From: Phoronis australis
Lineage: Eukaryota > Animalia > Phoronida
Assembly (NCBI GenBank): GCA_002633005.1
Contig: NMRA01000024.1
Coordinates: 389,803 to 453,802 of the forward strand
Direction of reading: 5' to 3'
DNA: 64,000 bases
The position numbers were made by a program, and so were the translations under genes. Each line of letters starts with the position of its first letter. Position 1 is the stretch's first letter. The notes below the pieces were generated by a model. It made no database searches. It was not told the origin of the DNA and was given only the letters and a program-made list of their open reading frames with translations. Positions 37,501-49,999 of this stretch are shown here, in pieces.

Positions 37501-40500
37501 ATCCAAGACTATGGGTACGGGTTAGGTCCGTCGATGGACGGACATAGGGCGCACTTTAGCAGTTCTATATTGCAGTAATACAAACTTACCGGGCCTGGGA
37601 CCGCTTCCCTCTGTCTGTGCTATATGCGGTATGAAAATTTATCACAAATTTGGATACACCGTTTGTTGAGAAGTGAATGACGAGCTTCTCCTCAGTAGTT
37701 AAGGGTTTTCCAAATCAGTGCTTTATTGAAAGCGGTTCGGCATCTGTGGCGTTTCCTGCCAGGAGCTTCACATTGAGTAAATAGGTTCACCGATACGTGA
37801 CCAAATATTGCTTTGTATTCTCGTCTTGAAACCATGTTATCTTTAGCGTCCACTGTCACACTATTTCAATTTACACAAAATTTAAAAAACAAGAACTTTT
37901 AAAACAGGTTTCTGTCTATACGCCCATTTTCCAAAGTACACCCAGTACTTGTACAACCAAAAATGTCTCATGTCCCGAATGAGAACGCCGTGAGCTTAGT
38001 TTAAGCATACTACGGCTTAACACGTGACTACATTTACTTTTCAACGACTCAACTGATATTAGATAAAGTGAATATTGTTTTGTTCCATAGGGGCAACGCC
38101 ACTTTATTACGCTGCCACTGAAGGACACTTCGACTGCCTCTTCCACGTTTTTGACGACAAGAGCTTACTGTCGGTAAATCCGAGAACCGGTTTGACTCCG
38201 ATGCACGTTGCCACTGAAAATGGTTACTTGGAGATTGTAGAATTCTTCGCTAATAAGATGTGCCGCCATTGCCTGCAGAACCTGACGCTGGACGGTTCCA
38301 CCGTTTTTCATATAGCTGCAGGTACGTTGTCAAAGTATTCTTTCTGGTTTTGTGCTTTTACGCATGCTTGTTACTGGACGCAGTCTTTTGTGTGCAGCGG
38401 TTTAGCAGTTGTCACTTTTGTGGTTAGTTTGAATCTCAGAATACTTTTGCAACATTATCTCCTGTTGACAAAATTTGTGGAACACCTGTCAGTGTTCACG
38501 ATTAATAACAACCATTTGCTTTATCGTTGCGCTGCTGCTATCGACCATGCAGAGAGCTCGAGCAAATATCGTTGAGTGTTATCAATCGTGAACGTTGACG
38601 TGTGCTCAACAGAGTTAGTTTGCATATTGTGTACAAATGGAAATCGTGTGAGATGACAATATACTTCTGCTCAATCTTTAGAATAAAAATTAAAAGCAGA
38701 GTGGTCATGACAACAGTCTTGGTATGCAATTTCACTGTTTAATAATGCCAAAATAACCGTTCCGTCAAATACCATCGGAAGTCAAACCAGTTAGAACTAA
38801 CGCCAAATATTAACAATGTTTCAACTTCAGAGAAGGGCCACCACCACATACTGAAGCTCCTTTTAAATAGAAAAGGTGGGGTTGCAGCCGCACAAACACT
38901 CGATAAGAATGGCTACTCTCCCCTTCAGTTGGCTGCAATGTTCAACCATCCCCACTGTTCAGAACTTCTCCGTAATATCGGCAGCCTAGCTCGCAGCCAC
39001 GTACCGCTCCAAGAGTTCCACGAACAGACGAATCACACGGAAGTGACGAAAAGGCGAGATCCGGTCACTGGACCAATTACAAGAGGACGATTGACTCCGT
39101 CGCTTTATCACCAAAAAAACAGTAAGAAATTATGTCCTTTCGTTGCCACTGCGCATGGCGTTACTTCCATCACACTGCCACGGTATCTGCCACCATCATC
39201 AACAACACATGGGCGGCGCACCCATAAGGAGGCTGAGGGGGGGGGGCTATAGGCCACTTGAGTGCTGTGCCGCCCATGAGTTACCGTTCTTCTTCCTCTC
39301 TCTGGTTCGATTTCTGATCATTTATACCTCAACTAGGATATGTCCTAGCAATTTTATAAATGCCACATCAGTTAGTACTTTGATCTATCGAGTTCAGCTG
39401 CAATACGGGTCTACCTTTGGTGCGTACCGTATATGTGCCTATTTAAGCCCATGCACCTACATGTATGTATGAAGTGTCACATATAACTCAAATTGGGCGC
39501 AATAGCATGTGAGTGAAATAAATGAGAATATTTTAACACAGTATGTGTGNCGACCATCAAAGATGCAGAGAGCTCGAGCAAATATCGTTGAGTGTTATCA
39601 ATCGTGAACGTTGACGTGTGCTCAACAGAGTTAGTTTGTATATGTGTACAAATGGAAATCGTGTTATATGACAATATACTTCTGCTCAATCTTTATAATG
39701 AGCAGAGTGGTCATGACAACAAAGTTGGTATGCAATTTCACTGTTTAATAATGCCAAAATAACCGTTCCGTCACGTACCATCGGAAGTCAAACCAGTTAG
39801 AACTAACGCCAAATATTAACAATGTTTCAACTTCAGAGAAGGGCCACCACCACATACTGAAGCTCCTTTTAAATCGAAAAGGTGGGGTTGCAGCCGCACA
39901 AACACTCGATAAGAATGGCTACTCTCCCCTTCAGTTGGCTGCAATGTTCAACCATCCCCAATGTTCAGAACTTCTCCGTAATATCGGCAGCCTAGCTCGC
40001 AGCCACGTACCGCTCCAAGAGTTCCATGAACAGACGAATTACACTAAATCGGAAGTGACGAAAAGGCGAGATCCGGTCACTGGACCAATTGCAAGAGGAC
40101 GATTGACTCCGTCGCTTTATCACCAAAAAAACAGTAAGAAATTATGTCCTTTCGTTGCCACTGCGCATGGCGTTACTTCCATCACACTACCACGGTATCT
40201 GCCACCATCATCAACAACACATGGGCGGCGCACCCATAAGGGGGCTGAGGGGGGGGGGCTATAGGCCACTTGAGTGCTGTGCCGCCCATGAGTTACCGTT
40301 CTTCTTCCTCTCTCTGGTTCGATTTCTGATCATTTATACCTCAACTAGGATATGTCCTAGCAATTTTATAAATGCCACATCAGTTAGTACTTTGATCTAT
40401 CGAGTTCAGCTGCAATACGGGTCTACCTTTGGTGCGTACCGTATATGTGCCTATTTAAGCCCATGCACCTACATGTATGTATGAAGTGTCACATATAACT

Positions 40501-43500
40501 CAAATTGGGCGCAATAGCATGTGAGTGAAATAAATGAGAATATTTTAACACAGTATGTGTGAGTGAATCTTAAAGGTTATCCTTTACAAAATGGTATATG
40601 TTGAGTTTACTTAATCTGATATTTGCTATTATACGGAAGGTATTGAGAAAGACTGAGCAAAAACACGGAAAGTATCCATTTTAAAGAGATGCACTCCAGG
40701 GATAAACGCCTGTGCCCGTGGAACCTAAGCGCACAATCTTTGAAAAAAACGCATTATTTCGGTTGTAGAAGCATTGGCCTAAATACGACCATACGAACGT
40801 AAGCATGATTCAAGTTACATGGGACCCTTAATATTGTCATCATGTTGGCGGACAACTTCCTGTTCTCATGCTAAACTAGTTTTTCATTACGGCCACCTAG
40901 TGATCAAAATCACGTGGCCCAGCGCCTAAACCACATAAAGGAAAACACTGGTCCCAGTATTCAGCAACCGTTCATTGAGATGCACTTCACGAACAATTCG
41001 ACTAACTGTTCAGCTCGCATAATACATTCCAGTAGTTTTTATAGCCCAGTTATTTTTCGCCGTTTTCTTTGTGTTCACTTTATTTCCGTCTACCTTGGAG
41101 GGCATAGTCCCAAAGTAAACACGCGGCTAACACTCGTGGTTAATACGCAGGGCAGTTGCTGTGATTGTTGGCAAAGGCTATGGTGGGTAAAAGTCATTGC
41201 GTAATTTTAACATATATTGGTACTACAGCTTATAACTGTTTGAATAGGCTTACAATTTCTCAAAGAAGCATACGTTTGTGAATGCCACAGTTAGTAAAAG
41301 CTAAACTGACATGCACCAGGACATTTGATTTATCGAGTTCCATGAATGTCGTCGTCGATTACTATACTCGCATTAGTAAAAAGTGTTCATTTATTGAACT
41401 AACTTTACAGGACCTTCGCCATTGTCTTTTCCTGATAAAAAGGAAGAGGTTGTTCTTGAGGTGGAGCGTTCTCTTGACGAGAGTATAGACGTCGACAATA
41501 TCGACTGGTAAGTCCATGACGGTCAGCGGGGATTGGTTTTAGCATGCAGGGCTGAGGATGGCCATGTACCATATTGTATTGAAACGCAGTACACAGTGCG
41601 CGGCCGTGGCCCAATCGAAAAGGAAATGAATTGATAGCGGAAACTTTGTAGTTTGTAATTAGGAAATTTTACTAACACGGTAACCTAGTTGCATTGTGGC
41701 GAACTCGTTGAAGGTTATATTCACGACAAGCAACTTTTGTGGTAATACGGGTCTTACTGATTTTTGCAAAGGCGCCATTTTTTGTTGCTTTAACTTGGAT
41801 CTAAGCAGAAAACGGGTAACTGTCTTGTTTACAAAAGTAAATTTGCAAAGTATTGTGCGAGCAAACAAAAATAAATTGCGAATGACTAATGTGCTTTACT
41901 GACTAACTTAATGCTAAACAAGAATGAAATTCCCAATTCTTAAATTAACTGGCGCTCACTGTAGTGAGGATCAATTTGCTTTCCTTATATGCCAAATGGA
42001 ACATCGACTGTGATTTGAAAAGTTGGGAATTTATTAAATTACAAAGACCACAGTTCGTGTGGCTGATTTTGGCGTTATCACTGAGTGGGTCAATGAAAGC
42101 CCTTGTTTGCACCCTAGCTGTCTAAGGGCGCCTGAAAAAAGGCATAACTGAAAGAGAGTAGACTTTATGGGGTTTCTCAAATATGAAGAAATTAGACAAA
42201 GCCACGTCTTTCTACTTTGCTACGTCCACCAGAAAAAATAAGATGCCGAAAATGACCACAAACTGCGATTTTGGCCACTTTTACCTAAAATCACAAATTG
42301 TCGGCACAAGCGAGGACCGAGACCATAATCTGAATGTTCTAGATTCCAGAAATTAGAGGTTGAAATGTGTAATTACCAACCACATTTTTGACAATTTCCG
42401 CTTGTCTGAAGCGGGTAACGCTAGGACCTCGCTTAAAAGCAAGACTTCGCGAGATTACGTGAGACATTGCCGTGTATTTTTAATGAGAGCACGTGATGTT
42501 TACAAGATTTTAGTTAGGACCTAGCATAGGTCCTAGCGTTACTAAACGCACGCCTGGATTCACGCCAAGAATTTGACTCTGAACAAGGAGGCGCCCTGAA
42601 GACGGTGGCACTTCCGTATCCGAGTAAACAAGCGCACAGGTCAAATTTCTGTACTCAATTTACTCAAAACAATTTTAAGGAACTACTGAAGGCCATTCGT
42701 GGCATTCACGTTCCATTTAGTCCACAAAACTGCCTTCAAAGTTGACCCAACAATTTTTTTCATTTTTTTCGGGGACCGTGGTCTTAGACCTGATGCAAAC
42801 GGCACGCAAACGGCGTGCACGACTTAGATCTACGGAATACAAGTCAATCAAAGCCGAATCAACAACTTGCGTGATTATCAGGTCGCGGATAGAGTTCGAT
42901 ACATGTATATTGAGCAGATGCTACTTCGTTCTGATATCTGTCATATACTGAACTTCGTGCGGCATGAAATACTACAATGAAAGAACATATTTCTGCACAG
43001 TCACATGTACTACGTCAACTGGCTGATCTGTTTTGGGTGACCAGCTATCCCACAATCCTTTGAATATGTGACTTGTTTTAACTTACTTTGGTGTAATGCA
43101 GTAATCCAGGTGAATAGTTGAAATTTCAATCGCCTTAAAAAGCAAGGTAGTAGTTCTCTTCAGAGTGGGTGATGCTCTCTCTTCTGCATTGAAATAAACT
43201 GCAAAAATTCTCCTAAGGTGCACCACAGGGTGTACACACTCTTGAAATTTAAACGCTGATTGGTCGACGATCCCAGCGACAGCCGATAAGCGACATATTG
43301 TTCGAGGTTCCTCACATGTAAAGCCTTATTTTTCAAGACTGTTATCAAATCCTGGACCCTTTATGATACTCTATCTAACGTGGAACTGGAAAATAAAAAT
43401 AAAATACGTGTTAGAGATGGTAAAGTTTGCAAACCGGCCCTAGTTCGATGAATGTCGACAATATCCGATTGGGCGAGTGATATGAGCTTTCCACAAAGCA

Positions 43501-44408
43501 TCGAACATATAGTTATCGTTAATAATACCAGCGTGGTTTTCAATCAGCCTAGTGGCATCATGCCTTCACCTCTGTTTAGACTCGTGGTAGAAGTACAGCT
43601 GAAGATTGATTTATCTCAAAACCTCTTCTTAATCTGTATGTTGTTGTTTTTTCTTTGCAGGACTGCTCATTCACCTCTGGCGGTAATACAAGACTACAAC
43701 GGATTCTTACACGGGAGTAGAAAATCTCTGGGGTCTGCAGATTGGGACGACATCAACTCGAACTTCATTTTGAAAGAGAGGTCTACTTACCTTGGCTCCG
43801 ATTGTTCAGAAAACGACAGCTTATCAGTCACTCAACTCGTCAGCTATCGAAACGATTCAGCTGGATCATCAGAGAACGTCTCAAGTTGTGGAGCAAAATT
43901 GTTCACGCTAGAGCTCAACGAAGTTCCTGGAGGTGATTTCTTTAAAAACAAGCTCAAAGAAGACTACAGTTGTGCCGAACACCTTCAAGGTGAACCATTC
44001 GACTACGCAGGCAACAGAGTCTATCCAATAAACGCACAGGTTATAGTAGATTGTGATTTGACTAACAAAGACAATCAGAAACTCATTTACCGCTCAAGCA
44101 ACGACGAAGAAGAAAGTATGGCCCAAAATAATAATCAGCAGGTGCCAAAGATTGAAGCAGACGACAATTCAGGACAGAATAATGTCAACCAATACCCGGT
44201 TTCTCCCGGTGCGTCGAGAAGAACTTTTCGATTGGACTACGGTGCTTACACCAAAAATGTGCTAACTCGAAGAGAGACAAAGTCCCGTGTGCCCATACTT
44301 TACACAGATGAAAGAGTGGAGACGTCAGAAAAAAGCACGTCCTCTGCAACAGGAAAAGGTTCAAAAAATCCCCATAAAACAGTCATTAAGATTGGCCAAG
44401 ATGAATGA
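34516..44408 (+). CDS. Ankyrin-repeat protein (espin/forked-like ankyrin region) with low-complexity C-terminus, ~628 aa, 6 exons
   Basis: Exons 34516-34697, 35573-35877, 36053-36121, 38091-38321, 38831-39182 (or duplicate 39837-40194), 43661-44408; all GT-AG, phases 2,1,1,1,2 consistent, 1887 nt. Repeats: GNSILHLAASVG, GGTLLHLATSGGH, GRTPLHLAVLMG, GATPLYYAATEGH, GLTPMHVATENGY, GSTVFHIAAEKGH, GYSPLQLAAMFNH. Confidence 0.85.
35268..35313 (+). repeat. 23-bp perfect tandem duplication
   Basis: cttgttttgggtaactgacagtt x2. Confidence 0.9.
39208..39278. mobile_element. 71-bp mini-MITE (also present in the duplicate copy)
   Basis: CATGGGCGGC ... GCCGCCCATG perfect 10-bp TIR with internal G-run; no TSD. 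Confidence 0.55.
39837..40194 (+). CDS. Second copy of ankyrin-gene exon 5 (allelic or alternative)
   Basis: Intact cttcag| acceptor and |gtatct donor; 358 nt versus 352 nt (in-frame +6 nt), open frame. Confidence 0.6.
42415..42558. mobile_element. Harbinger-like MITE remnant
   Basis: GTAACGCTAGGACCT ... AGGTCCTAGCGTTAC perfect 15-bp inverted repeat followed by taaacgcacgcctgg; left terminus missing. Confidence 0.5.
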
Positions 44409-44949
44409 AATTGTAGGATATTGACTATTATCCAGGAACCTTTAAGCTATAAACGGTTTATGCACCTTAGTTAATTGAGTTACCTTCGGTCGGCACCTAT
44501 TCTTGCGCCCCCCCCCNNNNNNNNNNNNNNNNNNNNNNNNNNNNNNNNNNNNNNNNNNNNNNNNNNNNNNNNNNNNNNNNNNNNNNNNNNNNNNNCACCA
44601 CCCTATCCGCTTTACACTACAACGAGGGGGAAAGATCTCTTGTGGTGGGGCCCCTATTTTGTCTCTTAAACTGTAGCTTGGAGGATAATGCTGGCTTTGT
44701 CTAAGATTGACTCAACAAAAACCTAACTGAGTTATTTGTAGTGTTTTTGTTCGATGTTAGTTTGAGAGCAGTTTCCAATCCTAAATTTTAGTCGTTATCG
44801 ATAATCATACAATTTATGAATCTGAATAAATTAAAAACTGTTGAAGAACTTTGGAACTATTGTTAGTGCTCTATTTCCTGTACCTTTTTATCAAAGATAG
44901 TAACTACTCTCGTATTATAGCTTAGACGGTCGTAGGGATGTTATTGCGA

Positions 44950-45900
44950 AGGTGACGCTGGACTGTTTTGTGGGGGCGAAATATTGCTATTTATGGCATT
45001 GTGATTGTAGCTTTATAAGTAGCCTAAACAACCCCATAAAGATGCGAGTGATCTACTCTCTACAAGTTTATGGCATAATGATGAAAATTAATACTAATAG
45101 GCAGAAAATTTTTATCCTCTTTAGCAGGTATGTTAGCAGTGGTGTTCTTTTTATTAATAACCTAATGTTTGAAAAAAAAATAAGTTTCACTCACTTATCG
45201 AATTTAAAAAGAAATTGAATATACCTACACACTTTTTGGAATAATGTTCTCTGATTGAGTGCATTAGAAAAATACCATTACAAATGAAGTTAAGATGTAT
45301 GGACCAACACTACCTCTTAATATCCGTAATTTTTTTAACTTCACGTCAGTAAAATGGTGTATGAACGCAAGTTTGACTATCACCCAAAAAGATTTCAAGA
45401 AGAAGGTTAAACTTTTAAATTGGTGACTGGAAGAAATGTATTCATTGTCTTTTAAAACCACTTTCGATTTCAAGTTATGTACACTGCAGTTTAAAGTATT
45501 ACACAGAATACTTGCAACGAATTCTTTTCTTAAAAAGTTAATTTCGTGGACTCTGGTGTATGTACTTTCTGCCGGTCAAAAACTGAAACAGTAGATCACA
45601 TCGTTTTCAAATGCGATAATATAAAAATATTGATAAAAGACGCAGTTGGGCGTTGTCTGTAAAAGGAGTTAAATTGACTATTGACAAAAAACAACGATTT
45701 ATGGCTTGCCCATAAGTAACGAAAACAAAGTTTTAAATTAGACTCTGTTGCAATTAAAATATTATATTTACGTGTCTGAGTGTAAACAGTTTCTGTCATT
45801 TTCTTAAGACATTAGAAAGAGAACTTTATATTCAAGGAAGAATTTTATTAAATCATGGTAATTTAGACGAATACCAGGCACTCTGGAGTTAGTGGCTAAC
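44950..45900 (+). mobile_element. Degenerate L1/Tx1-clade LINE ORF2 3' fragment
   Basis: ~45484-45625 translates, with one frameshift, LQFKVLHRILATNSFLKK / DSGVCTFCRSKTETVDHIVFKC: the C-terminal CCHC zinc-knuckle region of L1/Tx1 ORF2. Outer boundaries approximate. Confidence 0.7.
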
Positions 45901-46474
45901 CATAACTTTTTCCTGACAACATCCTAGCTAAAGTGGGTGGGTATATTGAGGGGGCAGGTGCGCTCTTGTGTGTGTGGTTGTGTGTGTGATGAGAATGGGA
46001 AAAGCTTGTATTTTTGTCCTTCATGTCTTTGTATATACGTTCTTCATACCAATAAGAATAAAAAATGACGTGAACACGATGAATTTGTTTCATGGGGAAT
46101 TATGGAATTTTAACTCAGGCAACATTTCTCCGTTGTCTGTTGTGATAACTCGATTTTTGTGCTTCAGATGATAGTTCACATACGTTGTAACTGTGTTATA
46201 TAATTAAGCAAGATCTTTCCTTCTTAAGTTGTTTATTTGCCTGTTGTGTTTTGACAGTGTACTTTAATATAGATTTATAACACTGGAAAAGAATAGTGTT
46301 TTTATGAAGCGCCATCTCGCGAAATTAAAACTTTATTCTAGTAAAACTATATGCAAACTCATCAATATCTGTGGTTATTGATGGTGTCAGTGGAAAGGAA
46401 ATAGAAATGTATTCTCAAACATTTAAAAGACCTATAGATTTGCAAATCTTGAAGCGGCCTGGAAATATAGATGA

Positions 46475-46606
46475 CAAGCATTTTAAGTCTGGTCTTCACG
46501 CAACCTGTTGGTCACTGTGACCTAATGAATAAAAGTTTGAAAAGATTTCTGCCCCCGACCTTGATGTGGTCAACAGGTGGCGTGCATACCAGACTTAAAA
46601 TGTTTG
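46475..46606. repeat. Foldback of two headless SINE-S bodies
   Basis: caagcattttaagtctggt / accagacttaaaatgtttg (18/19 complementary) and acctgttggtcac / gtggtcaacaggt. Confidence 0.75.
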
Positions 46607-46722
46607 TGATCTATATTTCCACTCCGGTCCAAAATTTACAAATATATATAAACACACACGAGTTTATGGCCGGGGCGGGATGCCCACTGCTAAGTCTGAT
46701 TGGATTTTTGTGTTTGGCTCGT

Positions 46723-46865
46723 GGTCTAGATGGCTGAGTGACTAGAGCCGGCGTCTGCACGATTAGCAGAGGGTCGTGGGTTCGATTTCCAGTCGAGGGC
46801 AGAAACCTTTTCAGACTACTGTTTATTAGGTCATGTGATGTGGCCAACAGGTGGCGGGCAGATCG
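46723..46865 (+). mobile_element. tRNA-derived SINE, family S
   Basis: A-box TGGCTGAGTG, arm TCTGC-acgatta-GCAGA, B-box GGTTCGATTTCC, body homologous to 30595-30794. Confidence 0.75.
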
Positions 46866-47728
46866 TACTAATGTTTGTGATTGAAAAGATATTGCATTAC
46901 GCACAACGATGTCACTATTCATTTTTCAAAAAGTGACAGAAGATATAACACGTACACTACTAGAGCATGCTTTTCTAACGTAATAAGACTATGAAATGGT
47001 TTGGCTCATCAGATTCATACGAAAATTGGTCCGTCTAAAACGCGATTGACAACCCTTTCCGAAAAGTAAAACAATCTCCTAACGCGAATGGGCAGTTAGA
47101 ACGCAAATGTAACTTCTGTTCCTAAGACTAAATGATTTACGCTATTTCAATGTCTTCCGGCAAATGCCAAAATAATAGTTCAGATGAATGCACAACGAAA
47201 TCTGGCTTCCCATGCACGTGTGCGAATTTTTTTATTGAAGAATCAGCAGTTATGTTGGTGGCCACCACAGTCTGTTGTCAGTATTTAATGGTCAGGCACA
47301 TCCACTGAGATAAAGAACATTTCAAATATTTTCTATACTGGCAAAATCTCATCTGCAGAAAATTCGCATAAACAAGAACGTGCTCAGTTGCGCCTTTATT
47401 TGATCGTAGACGAACACTTTGATGTACCAAAATGGAAAGGGAAACGTGATGTCTGCACTTACCAACTAGAGGCAAACGACTAGACTGGTCCAGGTATGAA
47501 AAGAGCTTGTCAACTGGTGATAAGGTTGGAAAGTGTAAGCTAAGTAATGCGTAACGCATACGGAAACTCGTGTTTTGGTTCACAAATATGTGCACTGGTC
47601 TAATCCGTTTCCAGACGGCCGAATCACCAGAATACAGCCACTATTAAAACGCGCTTGTCAGGTTAACTCTCCGTGTGTACACTTTTACAGAGTATAAATA
47701 TGTAAATCTTAAACCGGCGTCAAAATCG

Positions 47729-47868
47729 CAAACATTTTTCAGTCTGGTTTGCACGCCACCTTTTGGCCACATCTCGTGACCTAGTGAATATAAGTCTGAA
47801 GATTTCTGGTAGGTGTAGAAATCTTTTCAGACTTCATTAGGTTACGGGATGTGACCAACAGGTGACGT
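47729..47868. repeat. Second foldback of two headless SINE-S bodies
   Basis: gccaccttttggccacatctcgtgacctagtgaatataagtctgaagatttct - ggtaggtgt - agaaatcttttcagacttcattaggttacgggatgtgaccaacaggtgac. Confidence 0.75.
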
Positions 47869-49999
47869 TTTGATAAGGTTTAAAATTACTTTACACAATG
47901 TGTTGTGAACTTCCCTTGATTCGCAATACTCAGACTTCAAACGCTGACAAGAGGACTTTATCCAAGGCCGATACGGGACGTTTTCCAGTTCTACTTGGAG
48001 TAGACTAAAAACAAATATCACTTGGATATCCAAATAACTTTTGTCGCAAATATCTTCCAAATACAAAGTGTGATTTTAGTTCTTAGCTTTGAAAATTAAG
48101 TCATTTATTGAATGACTCTCTTTACAAACTCGAACTTCACCTGAACACGATGCGAAGGTAAACTTTCCATTTAGATGTCAAAATTGAGAATACATTAGGT
48201 CAACAAAATTTTGAAACTGAGCTAGTTCCTGAGTTTTCTCGTCCTCTTTTGTGTGACTCTCATTGTTGTTTCTACTGAACTCAAAACTAAGGAAGACCTT
48301 GGATCTTTTGTAAGCAAACATTAATTTACAAATGATCGATAACAACCACTTCAAGTTTTTTTGTTTAAGTAAGATTTCAGTTAAAATTCTAAGCTCGTCT
48401 TTAGTAACAACGAAACCTTCTACTCTGACAATGAGTAAGAGTATTAAATGCAAAAATGACAGAACACCTGGGTACACTATGCCTCAAAGAAAAACAAGCG
48501 TTCTTCAGCACGAATAATTTTCCAATGCAGACTTCAACTAAATTTCAACTGACTTTAACACACCGTGCCTGAGTATAATGTTCTGGAACGTTTCACCAAT
48601 TCAAGCACATACTAGAACTTTCCGGAACCTGTCCAACCAGTTTATGGTTCTATTTTAATAACTGACATACTGGAATATTGTAGAATAGTCTATAATATTC
48701 TAATGTAAACAAACATCATCACTGACCTTACCTCATGGTCAAGTCAATCAAGCGCAACCCACCTGCTTGTAAACAAACACAACAACAACTAATTAAACTA
48801 AGACCAGTGTCAGTCTACTCCTGATAGAATGAGTATCGGTATCAAATTGGTATTTTGGTATAAGAAGTAAAATAGTAGCGGTATTGAGTTGGCAGCGTAT
48901 AGGAAACGAAAGAATAGTTGTGGGGTTGTCAGAAGTACATAAAAAGGCGATATTTTAGTCCACTGAGCCTTTGTGACCTCAGTTTGACGTCACGAGTGCA
49001 GTTCTTCAGTTACGAGAGGCGGTTTTAGAAGAGCGCATAGTCGTTTTCCAGTGCTACGTGGTGTCCTCTAGAGGTGACGCTGTGGCATAGGGTAAAACTT
49101 TGTTTGTCAACATTAGCGCGTTATCCTACTTGTATCCGGTCAGATTATATCCATACGTGAGCTTCATGCGGTATTTTCAGACGAACGAAGCATGACGTTA
49201 TCTTATGATATTGTGCATAACTTGAAAAGCCACGCCAGGCGACCACTTCTGCTTTTGATAGCTTTCCATGCATTCCTTTCTAGCTAACTGTCTTTTTCGC
49301 TGAACTATTTTTGAGCGGACTTACGAATAGTCGGTGAGCTGTCTTAGTCGTGAACAAGAGGTCTCATCACCTGGTTGATGACTGTCTTATTAGTTTTGTA
49401 TCCAGCCTCTATAGTATTAGAGTCTGGTGAACATGCCTGACATCTGGTTCTCCATTGGTCAATCAAGGATGAGGTCAACTGGTGTACTAAACCACCTGAA
49501 CAGAAACAGTCTTTAGCGACCTTGAGTGGCGTAACTTGAGTAATAATACAGATGATAAACGCGGGATGTGATCACCGTGCGCACTGCCCACGATGTCACT
49601 GGAGAAGAAGACTTTCACGCAGTGCTCCCGTTTACACTACAACTGTGCTTCTATTTCCGTATCTCATCAAAGTTATCCAATAAGAAGAGCGTGCAATTGA
49701 AATCATTGAGCAGCAACTGAGTAAAATGTCTAATAAGTACAGAAAATGGGAGAAATAAGAAAAACTTTGAAATATCGTTGCTGATCAAATCTTGTTTTCG
49801 ACAGTTCACCCTTCTGTAATTCTCCATGATAGCAAGTATGACAAGGCTGACTAGAATTCAAGATGGCTGTACCGCCGGGAACTAGTTTTATTTGTGAACA
49901 CCCAAGCTCCTTAAGCTAACAATAATAGCACAAGTACACATGTATTAATCACTACTGTTACAGCAAGTAAGCAGCATATGTTAACAGAAACAACGTTAG

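Larger units (their letters stand above)
38542..40561 (+). repeat. Tandem duplication 38542-39549 / 39551-40561 joined by a single N
   Basis: ~1-kb copies with scattered SNPs and indels; N at 39550 exactly at the junction; each contains ankyrin-gene exon 5. Confidence 0.9.

Noticed and set aside
43452-43660. 5' part of the 318-aa ORF as an independent gene start
   Set aside because: A strong polypyrimidine/AG acceptor at 43660 in the correct phase indicates the coding part is exon 6 of the ankyrin gene; the upstream part is probably intron.
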